Source of the DNA: an uncultured Vicinamibacteraceae bacterium
GTDB taxonomy: Bacteria; Acidobacteriota; Vicinamibacteria; Vicinamibacterales; UBA8438
Direction of reading: 5' to 3'
Assembly: GCA_964646815.1 (NCBI GenBank)
Contig: CAZYFH010000014.1
Coordinates: 927 to 64,926, forward strand
Length of the DNA stretch: 64,000 bases
In this document: one piece after another, positions 18,387-27,042 of the stretch
Layout: the number at the start of each line of letters is the position of its first letter
Position numbering within the stretch: position 1 is the stretch's first letter
The notes under the pieces: model-generated
Databases searched by the model: none
What the model saw: the letters and a program-made list of their open reading frames with translations, nothing else
What the model was told of the DNA's origin: nothing
Position numbers and translations under genes: made by a program

Positions 18387-19183
18387 CACGATCCGTAGAA
18401 GCGCACGGGCGCCCGACTCTGCACGATGCCGAGATCGCACGCCGTGCCGTAGAACTTCTTGAGCCCGGCCAGTCCTTCGGCGGTCAGCTCGAACTGGACG
18501 TTGTCCTGTAAGTAGGCCCGCGCGACCTCCGCCTGATCCTCGTCATCGGCCGCGTGCTTGGCGGCGATGGCCTCGAGCGCACCAACGCCTGCGACCCGCG
18601 CCGCGTCGAGCGCCTCGAGGTGGACCGGTTCGACGATGCCCGGCCGGCCCACCCAGAAGGCCCAGACGAACGGAAGGGTCGTCATGGTGGTCCATTCCTC
18701 TCCAAGATCGATCTTCTCGAGGTCGGTGGTCTCATGCTCGGTGTACAGGGCGACGTCACCAATCAGCAGTGCCGCGTCGCATCGTTTTAGCATCGCCGGC
18801 AGGTCGGGACGCATCGTCACGAACGTCGGCTCGATGTCGAACCATTGCGCACACAGGATCCGCAGCAACGCAACGGCGGTTCGTGAACTTGAGTCTATGG
18901 CGATGGAGCGAATGGCGGTCGCGGGGCGTTTTGTGAAGATCGCGACCGAGGCGACCGGGCCGTTCGACGTCACCGCGATGTCCGGAACGACGAGGTAGCC
19001 CGGACGTCGCAGGTACTCAATCGTCGGAATCAACCCAAGGTCAACGGACCCCTCGTGCAGCAGCGATGCGCACTTGGCGGGCACGTCGAAGCGCAGGGAA
19101 AAGAGGTCATCGCGCGCCTCGAGCCCGTGAACGAGCGGTCTAGCATTGAGGTACTGGACCGACCCAGCGCGGATCACACTCAT
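18386..19183 (-). CDS. mqnA: chorismate dehydratase
   Basis: N-terminus MSVIRAGSVQYLNARPL and overall periplasmic-binding-protein-like MqnA/MqnD family features. ATGA overlap with the upstream gene. Confidence 0.85.
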   Translation of the reverse strand: MSVIRAGSVQYLNARPLVHGLEARDDLFSLRFDVPAKCASLLHEGSVDLGLIPTIEYLRRPGYLVVPDIAVTSNGPVASVAIFTKRPATAIRSIAIDSSSRTAVALLRILCAQWFDIEPTFVTMRPDLPAMLKRCDAALLIGDVALYTEHETTDLEKIDLGEEWTTMTTLPFVWAFWVGRPGIVEPVHLEALDAARVAGVGALEAIAAKHAADDEDQAEVARAYLQDNVQFELTAEGLAGLKKFYGTACDLGIVQSRAPVRFYGS

Positions 19184-20079
19184 GGTGCGGTGCCAATCTC
19201 GAACCGGCCGTTGCGTTGCACTGGCGTCAGCCCTGCCGCGCAGATGTTGCGAACAATCTCCTCGAGCGGCGCCCGACGCCATCCAAGCTCGGTCGAATCA
19301 ATTGGCGAGACGGCGTCCACGTCGTCGGCCCCGAACGCGAGTGCGACCTGCGCCAACTTCGGACCATACAGGCTCCAGTCGACCTGTATCGAGTCGATAT
19401 TGTCAACCAGCAGCCGCGCCAGCGCAACCTGCCGCACATCGTCGTAGCCGGTCGAGGGTCGAGGTGCCACGACGCGCGGCAGCGGTGCGAAGGCGCGGAC
19501 GCTTCCCACCGCGGAGTGCCACGCCGCCACCCGGCGCGCCACACCGCCGGCTGCCGCCTCGGCCTCGGTCGTCGTCAGCCGGGCGACGGGCACGCCGGCG
19601 GTCGCGGCAAGCTCGATCCACCGTGGGTCGCGCGCGCGGTCGACGCGCGCTTCGGCAACGAGGTCCAAGCCGGCCTCACCGAGCGCCCCCAGCAGCGCGG
19701 CCACGTGATGCGCGTCCGCCCCGCAGATGTCCACCAACTCGTCGAGCGCGAATCCCGTGACGGGAACCTTGCCGGCGGCCACCCGCACTCGCCGCGTCAT
19801 CGTCACCGCGGCGTCCGGTTCGTCCGGGCACCCGACGATGCGTACTTCCCCCGCACCGGGTGGGACCGCAGGTAGCTCACCATCACACGGCACCACGACC
19901 GGCACCTCGACGACTCGGACGAACGTCACCCGGGGACCACGCCTGACGCGTCGCATAGCATCGGCAACAGCCCCGAGCCCCACGAGGTCCCGAGTCCAGA
20001 CGAGGGTGTCGATGTCACCCTGCGTCAGAGGTTCGCCCGCCTCGATCCGACTCTCGATGCCGTCTAATGAGGTCGTCAC
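19180..20079 (-). CDS. MqnC/MqnE/CofH-like paralog lacking the radical-SAM cysteine motif
   Basis: 299 aa. The C-terminus (YDDVRQVALARLLVDNIDSIQVDWSLYGPKLAQVALAFGADDVD...EEIVRNICAAGLTPVQRN) parallels that of the 17175..18386 product (VDYLRTLALARVVLDNIDNLQASWVTQGGKVGQLSLAYGANDMG...VEIVRNIEDAGFVPKRRN). No CxxxCxxC anywhere. Confidence 0.6.
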   Translation of the reverse strand: MTTSLDGIESRIEAGEPLTQGDIDTLVWTRDLVGLGAVADAMRRVRRGPRVTFVRVVEVPVVVPCDGELPAVPPGAGEVRIVGCPDEPDAAVTMTRRVRVAAGKVPVTGFALDELVDICGADAHHVAALLGALGEAGLDLVAEARVDRARDPRWIELAATAGVPVARLTTTEAEAAAGGVARRVAAWHSAVGSVRAFAPLPRVVAPRPSTGYDDVRQVALARLLVDNIDSIQVDWSLYGPKLAQVALAFGADDVDAVSPIDSTELGWRRAPLEEIVRNICAAGLTPVQRNGRFEIGTAP

Positions 20080-20121
20080 GTCTCCACTATTCCATGCCGG
20101 CCAGCGGACCGTCGCCGTCAG

Positions 20122-21063
20122 CTATTCAGATGCGATCGCCGTCGCAATTCGCTGGGCCAGCCCGAGCGCCCGGCGCCCGTCCGCTCCGGTCACCCGCGGG
20201 GGTACCCCTGTTTGCGCCGCATGCACGAAATCAGTGAGCTCCTGTTTGAGTGGTTCCGCGCGCGGCACGTCGACTGGTCCGCCCTCGATAGCTGGCCCGC
20301 CTTTGCCGTCACGTGTCACGCGCCATGCCTCGACGTGCTGTGCGGCGTAGTCGATCGAGACGTAGGCATGCGGCTGAAACACGCGGAGCTTTCGCACCTG
20401 GTCGCGACTGATCCGACTTGCAGTCAGGTTGGCGATGCATCCGCTACGGAAGCGGATCCGCGCATTCGCGATATCGATGCGATCAGAGAGCACCGGCACG
20501 CCGACGGCTTCGATCGACTCGGGGGCGCTGTCCACGATCGCGAGGATGACATCGAGATCGTGAATCATGACGTCGAAGACAACGTCAACATCGAGACTAC
20601 GCGGTGCAAAGGCGGCGAGACGATGCACCTCGATGAACCGCGGCAGGGACACCAGTTGATGGCCGGTTGTCACCGCGGGATTGTGGCGCTCGGTGTGGCC
20701 GACGGCGAGCGTCGTCCCCGACGCGCGGGCGGTCTCGACCAGCGCATCGGCGTCGTCCACCGTCGTTGAGATCGGCTTTTCCACGAGCACCGGAATACCG
20801 GCCCGCAGCAGCGGTAGCGCCACGCGCGCATGGGCCGCCGTCGGGACCGCAATCGTGACGCCGTCGACGCCCGAGGCGAGGGCCGCGATGTCGCGTGCGG
20901 CGCGGGTGCCAACTTCCGCCGCAACGGCCTCGGCGCGCGCAGTGTCGATGTCGACCACGCCAACCAGCTTAACGCCAGGCAGCTGACCCAGTATCCGCGC
21001 GTGATGCCGGCCAAAGTGTCCAACCCCGACCACCGCCACCCGAAACGGCGGCCCGGTCGTCAC
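20122..21063 (-). CDS. Gfo/Idh/MocA-family NAD-dependent oxidoreductase
   Basis: N-terminal Rossmann motif [13 protein letters not shown]. 313 aa. 4-nt overlap with the lpxI stop. Confidence 0.85.
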   Translation of the reverse strand: MTTGPPFRVAVVGVGHFGRHHARILGQLPGVKLVGVVDIDTARAEAVAAEVGTRAARDIAALASGVDGVTIAVPTAAHARVALPLLRAGIPVLVEKPISTTVDDADALVETARASGTTLAVGHTERHNPAVTTGHQLVSLPRFIEVHRLAAFAPRSLDVDVVFDVMIHDLDVILAIVDSAPESIEAVGVPVLSDRIDIANARIRFRSGCIANLTASRISRDQVRKLRVFQPHAYVSIDYAAQHVEAWRVTRDGKGGPAIEGGPVDVPRAEPLKQELTDFVHAAQTGVPPRVTGADGRRALGLAQRIATAIASE

Positions 21064-21899
21064 TCCGACTCCCTCTGCTGACTCTCCGCACGCCCGACCA
21101 TTGCGATCCCCGCCTTATTCGCCGCGCCGAACACGCGGTTGCCGTCGAGCACGAGCGTGCGCCCGGCGTCGACCGAGAGCACGCTGGCCGCGGCGTCGCG
21201 AAGCGCCTCGACGGTCGGCACACCGATGACCGGCACATCGAAGCGCATATCCTGATTCGGCTTGGCCACCTTGATCACCCGGACACCGGCCCCGGCGAGC
21301 CGCCCGGCCCGCGCAATCACCTCGTCGGTACCTTCCATCGCCTCGACGGCCACGACGGCGCGGTCTTTGACGACGATGGTCTGACCGATGTCGAGCCCGG
21401 CGATCGTATCGGCCATGTCGTAGCCGAACGCGAGGTCGGCCCGCTCGTCCTCCGTCGGGCCGCGCATCGTCAACGTTCCCGAGCGCGCAAGCAGCGGCTC
21501 GAGAAATGTCGTCGAATCGACCATTTCGATACCATGCTCGCCGAGCACCTCGACGACAGCTGTGAGGAGCGCGTCCGTGTTGCGCGTGGCAACCCGTCGC
21601 AGCACGGAAAGCAACGCGCGGTCCGGCACCACACCGGAGAAGATCTTGGCGTGCTTGACCTGCCCGGCCATCAGCGCGCGTGAGACGCCCGCATCCTTCA
21701 GGAGGTCGATGCACTTGCCAAGCTGGCCCAGCGAAACCCAGTGGAACGCCGCCGGGCGACCTTCTGCCGCAACCGCCTCGATTGCGGGGCTCGTCTCCTC
21801 GCGAATGCCAACGACCGTGATCTCGTGCCCCAACCGCTTCGCCGCCTCCAGCGCCAGGAAGGGGAACCGGCCGTTTCCGGCAATCAGACCGAGTCGCAT
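21060..21899 (-). CDS. lpxI: UDP-2,3-diacylglucosamine diphosphatase LpxI (DUF1009)
   Basis: [15 protein letters not shown]-terminus and the C-terminal DVPVIG / VLSVDAG region typical of DUF1009. Lies directly downstream of lpxA. Confidence 0.85.
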   Translation of the reverse strand: MRLGLIAGNGRFPFLALEAAKRLGHEITVVGIREETSPAIEAVAAEGRPAAFHWVSLGQLGKCIDLLKDAGVSRALMAGQVKHAKIFSGVVPDRALLSVLRRVATRNTDALLTAVVEVLGEHGIEMVDSTTFLEPLLARSGTLTMRGPTEDERADLAFGYDMADTIAGLDIGQTIVVKDRAVVAVEAMEGTDEVIARAGRLAGAGVRVIKVAKPNQDMRFDVPVIGVPTVEALRDAAASVLSVDAGRTLVLDGNRVFGAANKAGIAMVGRAESQQRESE

Positions 21900-21929
21900 G
21901 GGTCGCGGGACAGGAGCTGGAACGCCCGC

Positions 21930-23189
21930 TTACGCCGGACCCTCCACCGGCTCGGCGCGCCGTGGTGGTCGCCGCAAGGTAACGCCCCGCTTCGACGTCC
22001 GGATGAACTCGACCAGATAGCGCACCTCGGGACAGGCAAGCGACGCGTCGTTGCCGATGTGCTGGAGCGCCTGCGTCGTATTGAGCTTGGACTGCAGGAG
22101 ATAGCGGTACGCGTGCTTCAGCTTTGCGATCGTCTGGGGAGGGACGCCACGCCGCTCGAGCCCGATGGTGTTCAACCCGTAGATCCTGGCACGGTTGCCC
22201 ACCGTCTTACCGTAGGGTAACGCGTCCTGGGTGACGACCGATCCGCCACCGATGAAGGCCTCGCGGCCGACACGGCAGAACTGATGGACGCCGCAGGACG
22301 CGCCGACGACGGAGTCATCCTCGACGACGACGTGACCTCCGAGCATCGCGCCGTGGCTGATGATCGTTCGGTTCCCGATGATGCAATCGTGCGCCACGTG
22401 CACATACGCCATGAAGAGATTGCCGTCGCCGATCAGCGTCAGCCCACCTCCACCACGCGTGCCGCGGTGAATCGTGACGAACTCGCGAAACACATTGCGA
22501 TGCCCGATCACGAGCCGCGTGGGCTCGCCCTGAAACTTCGTATCCTGCGGGATCAGCCCCACCGAGGCAAAGGGAAAAACCTGGCACTCGTCCCCGAACT
22601 CCGTATCACCGTCAATGACCGCCGACGCGCCGATGCGTCCGCCCCGGCCAATGCGCACGCCGGAGCCGACCACAGCGTGCGGGCCCACTATCGTCCCCGC
22701 TCCGATGACCGCACCCGAGTGAACGATCGCTGTCGAATCGATTTTCGGCTCGCCGTAATCGAGGCCAAGCAGCAGCTCGGCTTCCGCGACGGTCCGATCC
22801 GCCACGGTGGCGACGCCCCGCGCGATGGCCAGACCCCGTCGCTCACGCTCGAGCGTGACCTCGAGACGTAGCCGGTCGCCCGGCACGACTTGACGACGAA
22901 ACTTCGCGTCGTTGACTCCGCGTAGCACGGCGCGCCGCGTGGGGTTCTCGCCGCCATCATCGAGCAGCAGCAGGGTCGCCACCTGCACCAGCGTCTCGAT
23001 CATCATCACACCGGGCATCAACGGAGTGCCCGGGAAATGCCCCTGGAAGTAGTCCTCATTCACGGTGACGTTTTTCACCGCGACGATCCGCTCACCAGGA
23101 ACATGCTCGACGACGCTATCGACAAGCAGCGACGGATATCGATAGCAGAGGCGATCGAGAACGAGGGAGATATCGAGGGACACGGACAC
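21930..23189 (-). CDS. fused 3-hydroxyacyl-ACP dehydratase FabZ / UDP-GlcNAc acyltransferase LpxA
   Basis: Residues approx 1-145 are a FabZ hot-dog domain (YRYPSLLVDSV...YFQGHFPGTPLMPGV). Residues approx 150-419 are an LpxA left-handed beta-helix plus C-terminal helices (IDSTAIVHSGAVIG...). One uninterrupted ORF. Confidence 0.85.
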   Translation of the reverse strand: MSVSLDISLVLDRLCYRYPSLLVDSVVEHVPGERIVAVKNVTVNEDYFQGHFPGTPLMPGVMMIETLVQVATLLLLDDGGENPTRRAVLRGVNDAKFRRQVVPGDRLRLEVTLERERRGLAIARGVATVADRTVAEAELLLGLDYGEPKIDSTAIVHSGAVIGAGTIVGPHAVVGSGVRIGRGGRIGASAVIDGDTEFGDECQVFPFASVGLIPQDTKFQGEPTRLVIGHRNVFREFVTIHRGTRGGGGLTLIGDGNLFMAYVHVAHDCIIGNRTIISHGAMLGGHVVVEDDSVVGASCGVHQFCRVGREAFIGGGSVVTQDALPYGKTVGNRARIYGLNTIGLERRGVPPQTIAKLKHAYRYLLQSKLNTTQALQHIGNDASLACPEVRYLVEFIRTSKRGVTLRRPPRRAEPVEGPA

Positions 23190-23373
23190 CAGTTTTCAAG
23201 GACCAGGCACGCCCTGACCCCCGCGCGGGCGCCAGTGTACAAGGTCGCACCCACATCGTCCACCGGCGTCCCGATCGCGAGGCGACGTGGTAGGGCTCAG
23301 CTCGGCCGCCACTCGACGCCTTCGTTGGTTATGTTGATTGCCCCGTAGGGCGAGCGTACTCCTGCTCGGGGCC

Positions 23374-23994
23374 TTATGGTGTCGCGGCCGCCGCGTTAAC
23401 GTTGACCTGGTCGATGACTTCCCGGGTCAAATCGAGGGCGACGTTGGCCCAGATGAGGCCACCTTGACCAACGTTGAAGAGAAAGTCGACCCCGCGATTC
23501 ATCGCAACCTGCTCGAGGGCCGGACCGAGCAGCTGCTCGAACTCGAGCTGGAGTTCCTGCTGCAGCGCGCCGACCTCGGCCTCAGCGTCCTGGGTGACGC
23601 GCTCCATTTGCGCCTGCGCGTCCTGCGTTTGCCGCTGAATCTCGAGTTGGAGTCGAGAGATCTCACGTTGGAGGCTAAGCCGTGCCTCCGTACTCAAAAT
23701 GCTCTGGCCCTGCTCGAGTTTCTGCTGCGATTCCGCGAGCGCCTGGTTGCGGCCGTTGATCTGACCCTGGAGGCGCTGGTTCTGCGACTCGATGTCGGCG
23801 AGCTTCGAGTCGGTCAGCTCCTGGACTCTCGCATTTGCGGCCTGCCCTTCCGTCGATTCCCCAAGCACGCGCTGGAGGTCGACGTAGGCGTACTTCGTAC
23901 CCGCCGGGAACGCCGGCGCCGCATCCTGGGCGTCGACGCCACCAGCAACCCCGACGACGAACATGGCCGCCACGACGCGTATCACGGATCTCAT
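23374..23994 (-). CDS. OmpH/Skp-family periplasmic chaperone
   Basis: Signal peptide (MRSVIRVVAAMFVVGVAGGVDAQ) followed by a long Q/E/L-rich coiled-coil. Conserved position downstream of bamA. ATG checked at 23992-23994. Confidence 0.8.
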   Translation of the reverse strand: MRSVIRVVAAMFVVGVAGGVDAQDAAPAFPAGTKYAYVDLQRVLGESTEGQAANARVQELTDSKLADIESQNQRLQGQINGRNQALAESQQKLEQGQSILSTEARLSLQREISRLQLEIQRQTQDAQAQMERVTQDAEAEVGALQQELQLEFEQLLGPALEQVAMNRGVDFLFNVGQGGLIWANVALDLTREVIDQVNVNAAAATP

Positions 23995-24074
23995 GGGTCC
24001 TCGTCTTTCAACTCGTGAGACTCTCGGTCTCTTGGCTCGTCGGTCTCGCAGCGTTGGTGGACGCCACTCCGCCA

Positions 24075-26840
24075 CTAGAACGTCGTTCCGACGGAGAATC
24101 GGAATCCCCGATCTTCCTGGTCTATAAGTCGGTCGCTGTAGATGCCCTCCGGGTTTGGATTCCAGAAGTAGATGATCCGGAACGGAACGTTCAACATCGG
24201 CATGAAGAAGCGCAACTCAACCCCGGTCGACGACCTGAAGTCATTCATCACAAACGAGTCTCCGAAATCCTGCACCTGCCCGGCGTCGTAGAACGCGACA
24301 AGCCGTATCTCGTTGCTGAACAAGAACTGGTACTCCGCGTTGAACAGCAAGCTCTTGTTGCCGCCAACAAGGGTGCGACCGACGAACGTGGCTGTCGGAT
24401 CGCAATCGGGAACCCCCCGGCAGACCAACTCCGGACTGGTTTCGGCAAACGTCGGACCGATGCGGCGGATGTCGTACCCCCGCACCGAGTACTCGCCACC
24501 GAGCCAGAGGCGCTCGAAAATGGGAATCTGATTCGGGTCGTCCGCCGCCAGATAGCTGTACTGACTGCGCATCCCGATGACGGTCTTAGACGTGTGCCGT
24601 ACGTACCACGTCGCTTCGAGCATCGGTTTCATGAAGCTTGTGTTGCCACCCAGACCGGCCAGGTCGATGGAGGCCCGGAAACTGCGGCCCTCGGTCGGGA
24701 AGATGGGATGGTTGACCGTGTTCGTGAGAAACGACGGCGTCACCTTGCTGACGATGCGGCGCCCTCCCTGGCTTTGCATCAGCGCGTCCTGAAAGAACGG
24801 GTTGAAGGCCAGGAGCTCGGGGTTTTCCCCGAACCTCGGATTGAGGTCGCTGACGTGAGACGACTGCAGGCTGTAGGCAAAGAACATCCGCGTGAAGACC
24901 GCCAGTGGCCACCCGATCGTGAACGTGGCTCCAGTCGATTCCTCGGTAAAGCTACCGATCCACTCGACCCGACGCGAGAAGACCTGGGTGCCGAGCGACA
25001 GGGGACGCCCGAAAATGTACGGCTCGGTGAACGACACCATGTAGTTGCGCGTGCGCGACCCGTTCTGCAACATCACGGCGAGCGTCTCGCCCCGGCCCAT
25101 GAAGTTAGTCGTCTGGAACTGCACCTGCCCGAAGAACCCGTCGTACTGCGAGACGCCGGCGCCGAACGTTAACTGATTCAAGTTCGACTCGGCGAGGTTG
25201 AACGTGATGTCCACCTCGTTGTCGGCGCCCGCCTTCTGAATGTCGATGCCCTCTTCCTCGATCGGATCGAAGTAGCCGAGCTGATTCAACCGCCGCAGGC
25301 TGTACTTGAGTGCCTCGGTGTTGAAGACGGCCTTCTCGGCAAGCTGGAGCTCGCGACGAATCACCTCGTCGTGCGTCGTCCTGTTGCCGGAGAACTCGAT
25401 GCGGTTGACAAAATACTGCTCGCCCTCCTGTACGCGAATCGTCACATCGACGACCGGACTGCCGTCAACCCGCACCGGCCGCGCTTCGGCGCCCATCTCG
25501 ACGCCATCGTCGCTCGCGTCTGCCGAACCGTTCCCGTGAAGCTCGCCGTTGCCGTGGCCGTTGCCGTTGCCGTTGGCCGCAGCATCAGCGTTCGTGCCAG
25601 GGACGGGCACATCCCGGCGGGCCAGCTCCGGCGCGAGCGTCATCTCGTAGTAGCCGAGCGAGCCGTAGAGCTCGCGAGCGTCATCGAACCCCTGCCGAAT
25701 ATCGCCTTCACTGTAAAACCCGCCCGGCTCGACGTCGTCGAAAATCGCGTTCAGGCCGTCCTCCAGCAGGATCTCGTTGCCGGAAAAGTTCAGCTCGCCG
25801 ACCCGATACCGCTCGCCCTCGTCGATCGGAATTCGCAGGTTAATCTCGCGCGTCTTGCCGTCCTCCGAGACGTCCAGATACTCGATGTCCGGTTGACCGA
25901 CGGTCGCGTTGATGTAGCCCTGATCGCGATAGTGGGCGACGATCGCCTCCGCATCCTCTTCAAACTCGCCTTCCTTGTAGGTGCCGCGCGAAGTCATCCA
26001 GGAGAGCCACCACTGCTCGCGGACTTTCTTCATCTTGCCCTTGAGGTCGCCGTCGCTCTCCGCGTTGTTGCCGACGAACTCGATCTTTCGGATCTTGACC
26101 TTCGGCCCCTCCTTCATGTGGAACGCGAGCCGCACCAGCTTCGGACCGCCCGGTACCGGCTCGATGCTGTGGGTCACCTCGGAGGACTGGAATCCCTTGC
26201 CACGGAACATCATCTGGAGGACGTTCTTGACCTCCCGAATCGTGCCGGGATCGATGAAGGAGTCCATCCGGAGCTGGACCCCGCGGTCTCCCAGATTCAG
26301 GTCGATGTCCTCGCGCTTGAACTCTTCCGTGCCCTCGTACACGACGATCTTGAGGCGCTGGCGCTCCTCGAGGTTAAAGATGACGCGCTTGCCCTCGACG
26401 CCGTTCGGCCACGGATCGTCGACGACCTCGATCCACAGATCGCTCAGGAAGCCGAGATCCCAGAGCCGCTGGAAGTCTTCGAGAACGACCCGCTCGGTCG
26501 CCTCCGTATAGGGCACCCACTTGCCCTGCGCGGAATTGCTCAAGTGCTCGGTGATCTTCATGTAGTAGAGATAGGTGTCGTACTCGACGCTACCGATGTT
26601 GCCCTGCGTGGGGAACCTGAGCTCCACACCTCGCATCAGGGTCGGCGAGCCCCCCGGTGGGAGAGCCGCCGGCGGCAGGGGGGCCGGCTCAGACTCGCGC
26701 TGCCCGAAGATCGACGGTTGCTGCTGCCCCGGCTCGGCCGCAAGGGCGTCTGGAGCGCCGCTCGGGAGCAGGATCGACGCCAGCGCAGCCGCCGTCACGA
26801 GATGAACTGTTCGCATAAGTGGGCTTCCAACAAACGACAC
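24075..26840 (-). CDS. bamA: outer membrane protein assembly factor BamA
   Basis: 921 aa: signal peptide, POTRA-like repeats and a C-terminal Omp85 barrel ending ...RGFRFSVGTTF. GTG start preceded by CCGGAGG. Confidence 0.95.
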   Translation of the reverse strand: MSFVGSPLMRTVHLVTAAALASILLPSGAPDALAAEPGQQQPSIFGQRESEPAPLPPAALPPGGSPTLMRGVELRFPTQGNIGSVEYDTYLYYMKITEHLSNSAQGKWVPYTEATERVVLEDFQRLWDLGFLSDLWIEVVDDPWPNGVEGKRVIFNLEERQRLKIVVYEGTEEFKREDIDLNLGDRGVQLRMDSFIDPGTIREVKNVLQMMFRGKGFQSSEVTHSIEPVPGGPKLVRLAFHMKEGPKVKIRKIEFVGNNAESDGDLKGKMKKVREQWWLSWMTSRGTYKEGEFEEDAEAIVAHYRDQGYINATVGQPDIEYLDVSEDGKTREINLRIPIDEGERYRVGELNFSGNEILLEDGLNAIFDDVEPGGFYSEGDIRQGFDDARELYGSLGYYEMTLAPELARRDVPVPGTNADAAANGNGNGHGNGELHGNGSADASDDGVEMGAEARPVRVDGSPVVDVTIRVQEGEQYFVNRIEFSGNRTTHDEVIRRELQLAEKAVFNTEALKYSLRRLNQLGYFDPIEEEGIDIQKAGADNEVDITFNLAESNLNQLTFGAGVSQYDGFFGQVQFQTTNFMGRGETLAVMLQNGSRTRNYMVSFTEPYIFGRPLSLGTQVFSRRVEWIGSFTEESTGATFTIGWPLAVFTRMFFAYSLQSSHVSDLNPRFGENPELLAFNPFFQDALMQSQGGRRIVSKVTPSFLTNTVNHPIFPTEGRSFRASIDLAGLGGNTSFMKPMLEATWYVRHTSKTVIGMRSQYSYLAADDPNQIPIFERLWLGGEYSVRGYDIRRIGPTFAETSPELVCRGVPDCDPTATFVGRTLVGGNKSLLFNAEYQFLFSNEIRLVAFYDAGQVQDFGDSFVMNDFRSSTGVELRFFMPMLNVPFRIIYFWNPNPEGIYSDRLIDQEDRGFRFSVGTTF

Positions 26841-27042
26841 TGACGGACCTCCGGTTAGAAGTCTCCAGCTCTTAGTTTACGAGATCTTTGACGCCCCCCG
26901 CCAGATTTTGGCCGGGATCCGTGTCGCACCGCCGCCAGGCCGGCGCGTCCTGCACTTCGTCGCTCGTGCCCGGGGCACCGCCGCTAGCCAGGCGGGACGC
27001 GCACCCGCCCACGCCATCGGTTTCGCGATACCTGCGACTTTC

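Noticed and set aside
25371-26843. Very long antisense ORFs in the track, such as 25371..26843(+), 26908..28362(+), 46025..47638(+), 888..1856(+), 31839..33029(+), 53439..54779(-) and 23835..25172(+).
   Set aside because: Each lies opposite a gene with unmistakable homology (bamA, clpC, dnaJ/dnaK, ETF-QO, lysS, lnt). Their products are Arg/Pro/Gly/Ala-rich with no motifs. These are typical shadow ORFs of GC-rich DNA.
26991-27009. GGCGGG-N7-CCCGCC hairpin 34 nt downstream of clpC as an intrinsic terminator. Similar GC hairpins occur at 42695-42717 and 23340-23370.
   Set aside because: The stems are short (5-6 bp) and none is followed by a U tract on the sense strand. In DNA this GC-rich such hairpins arise readily by chance, so I did not annotate them as terminators.
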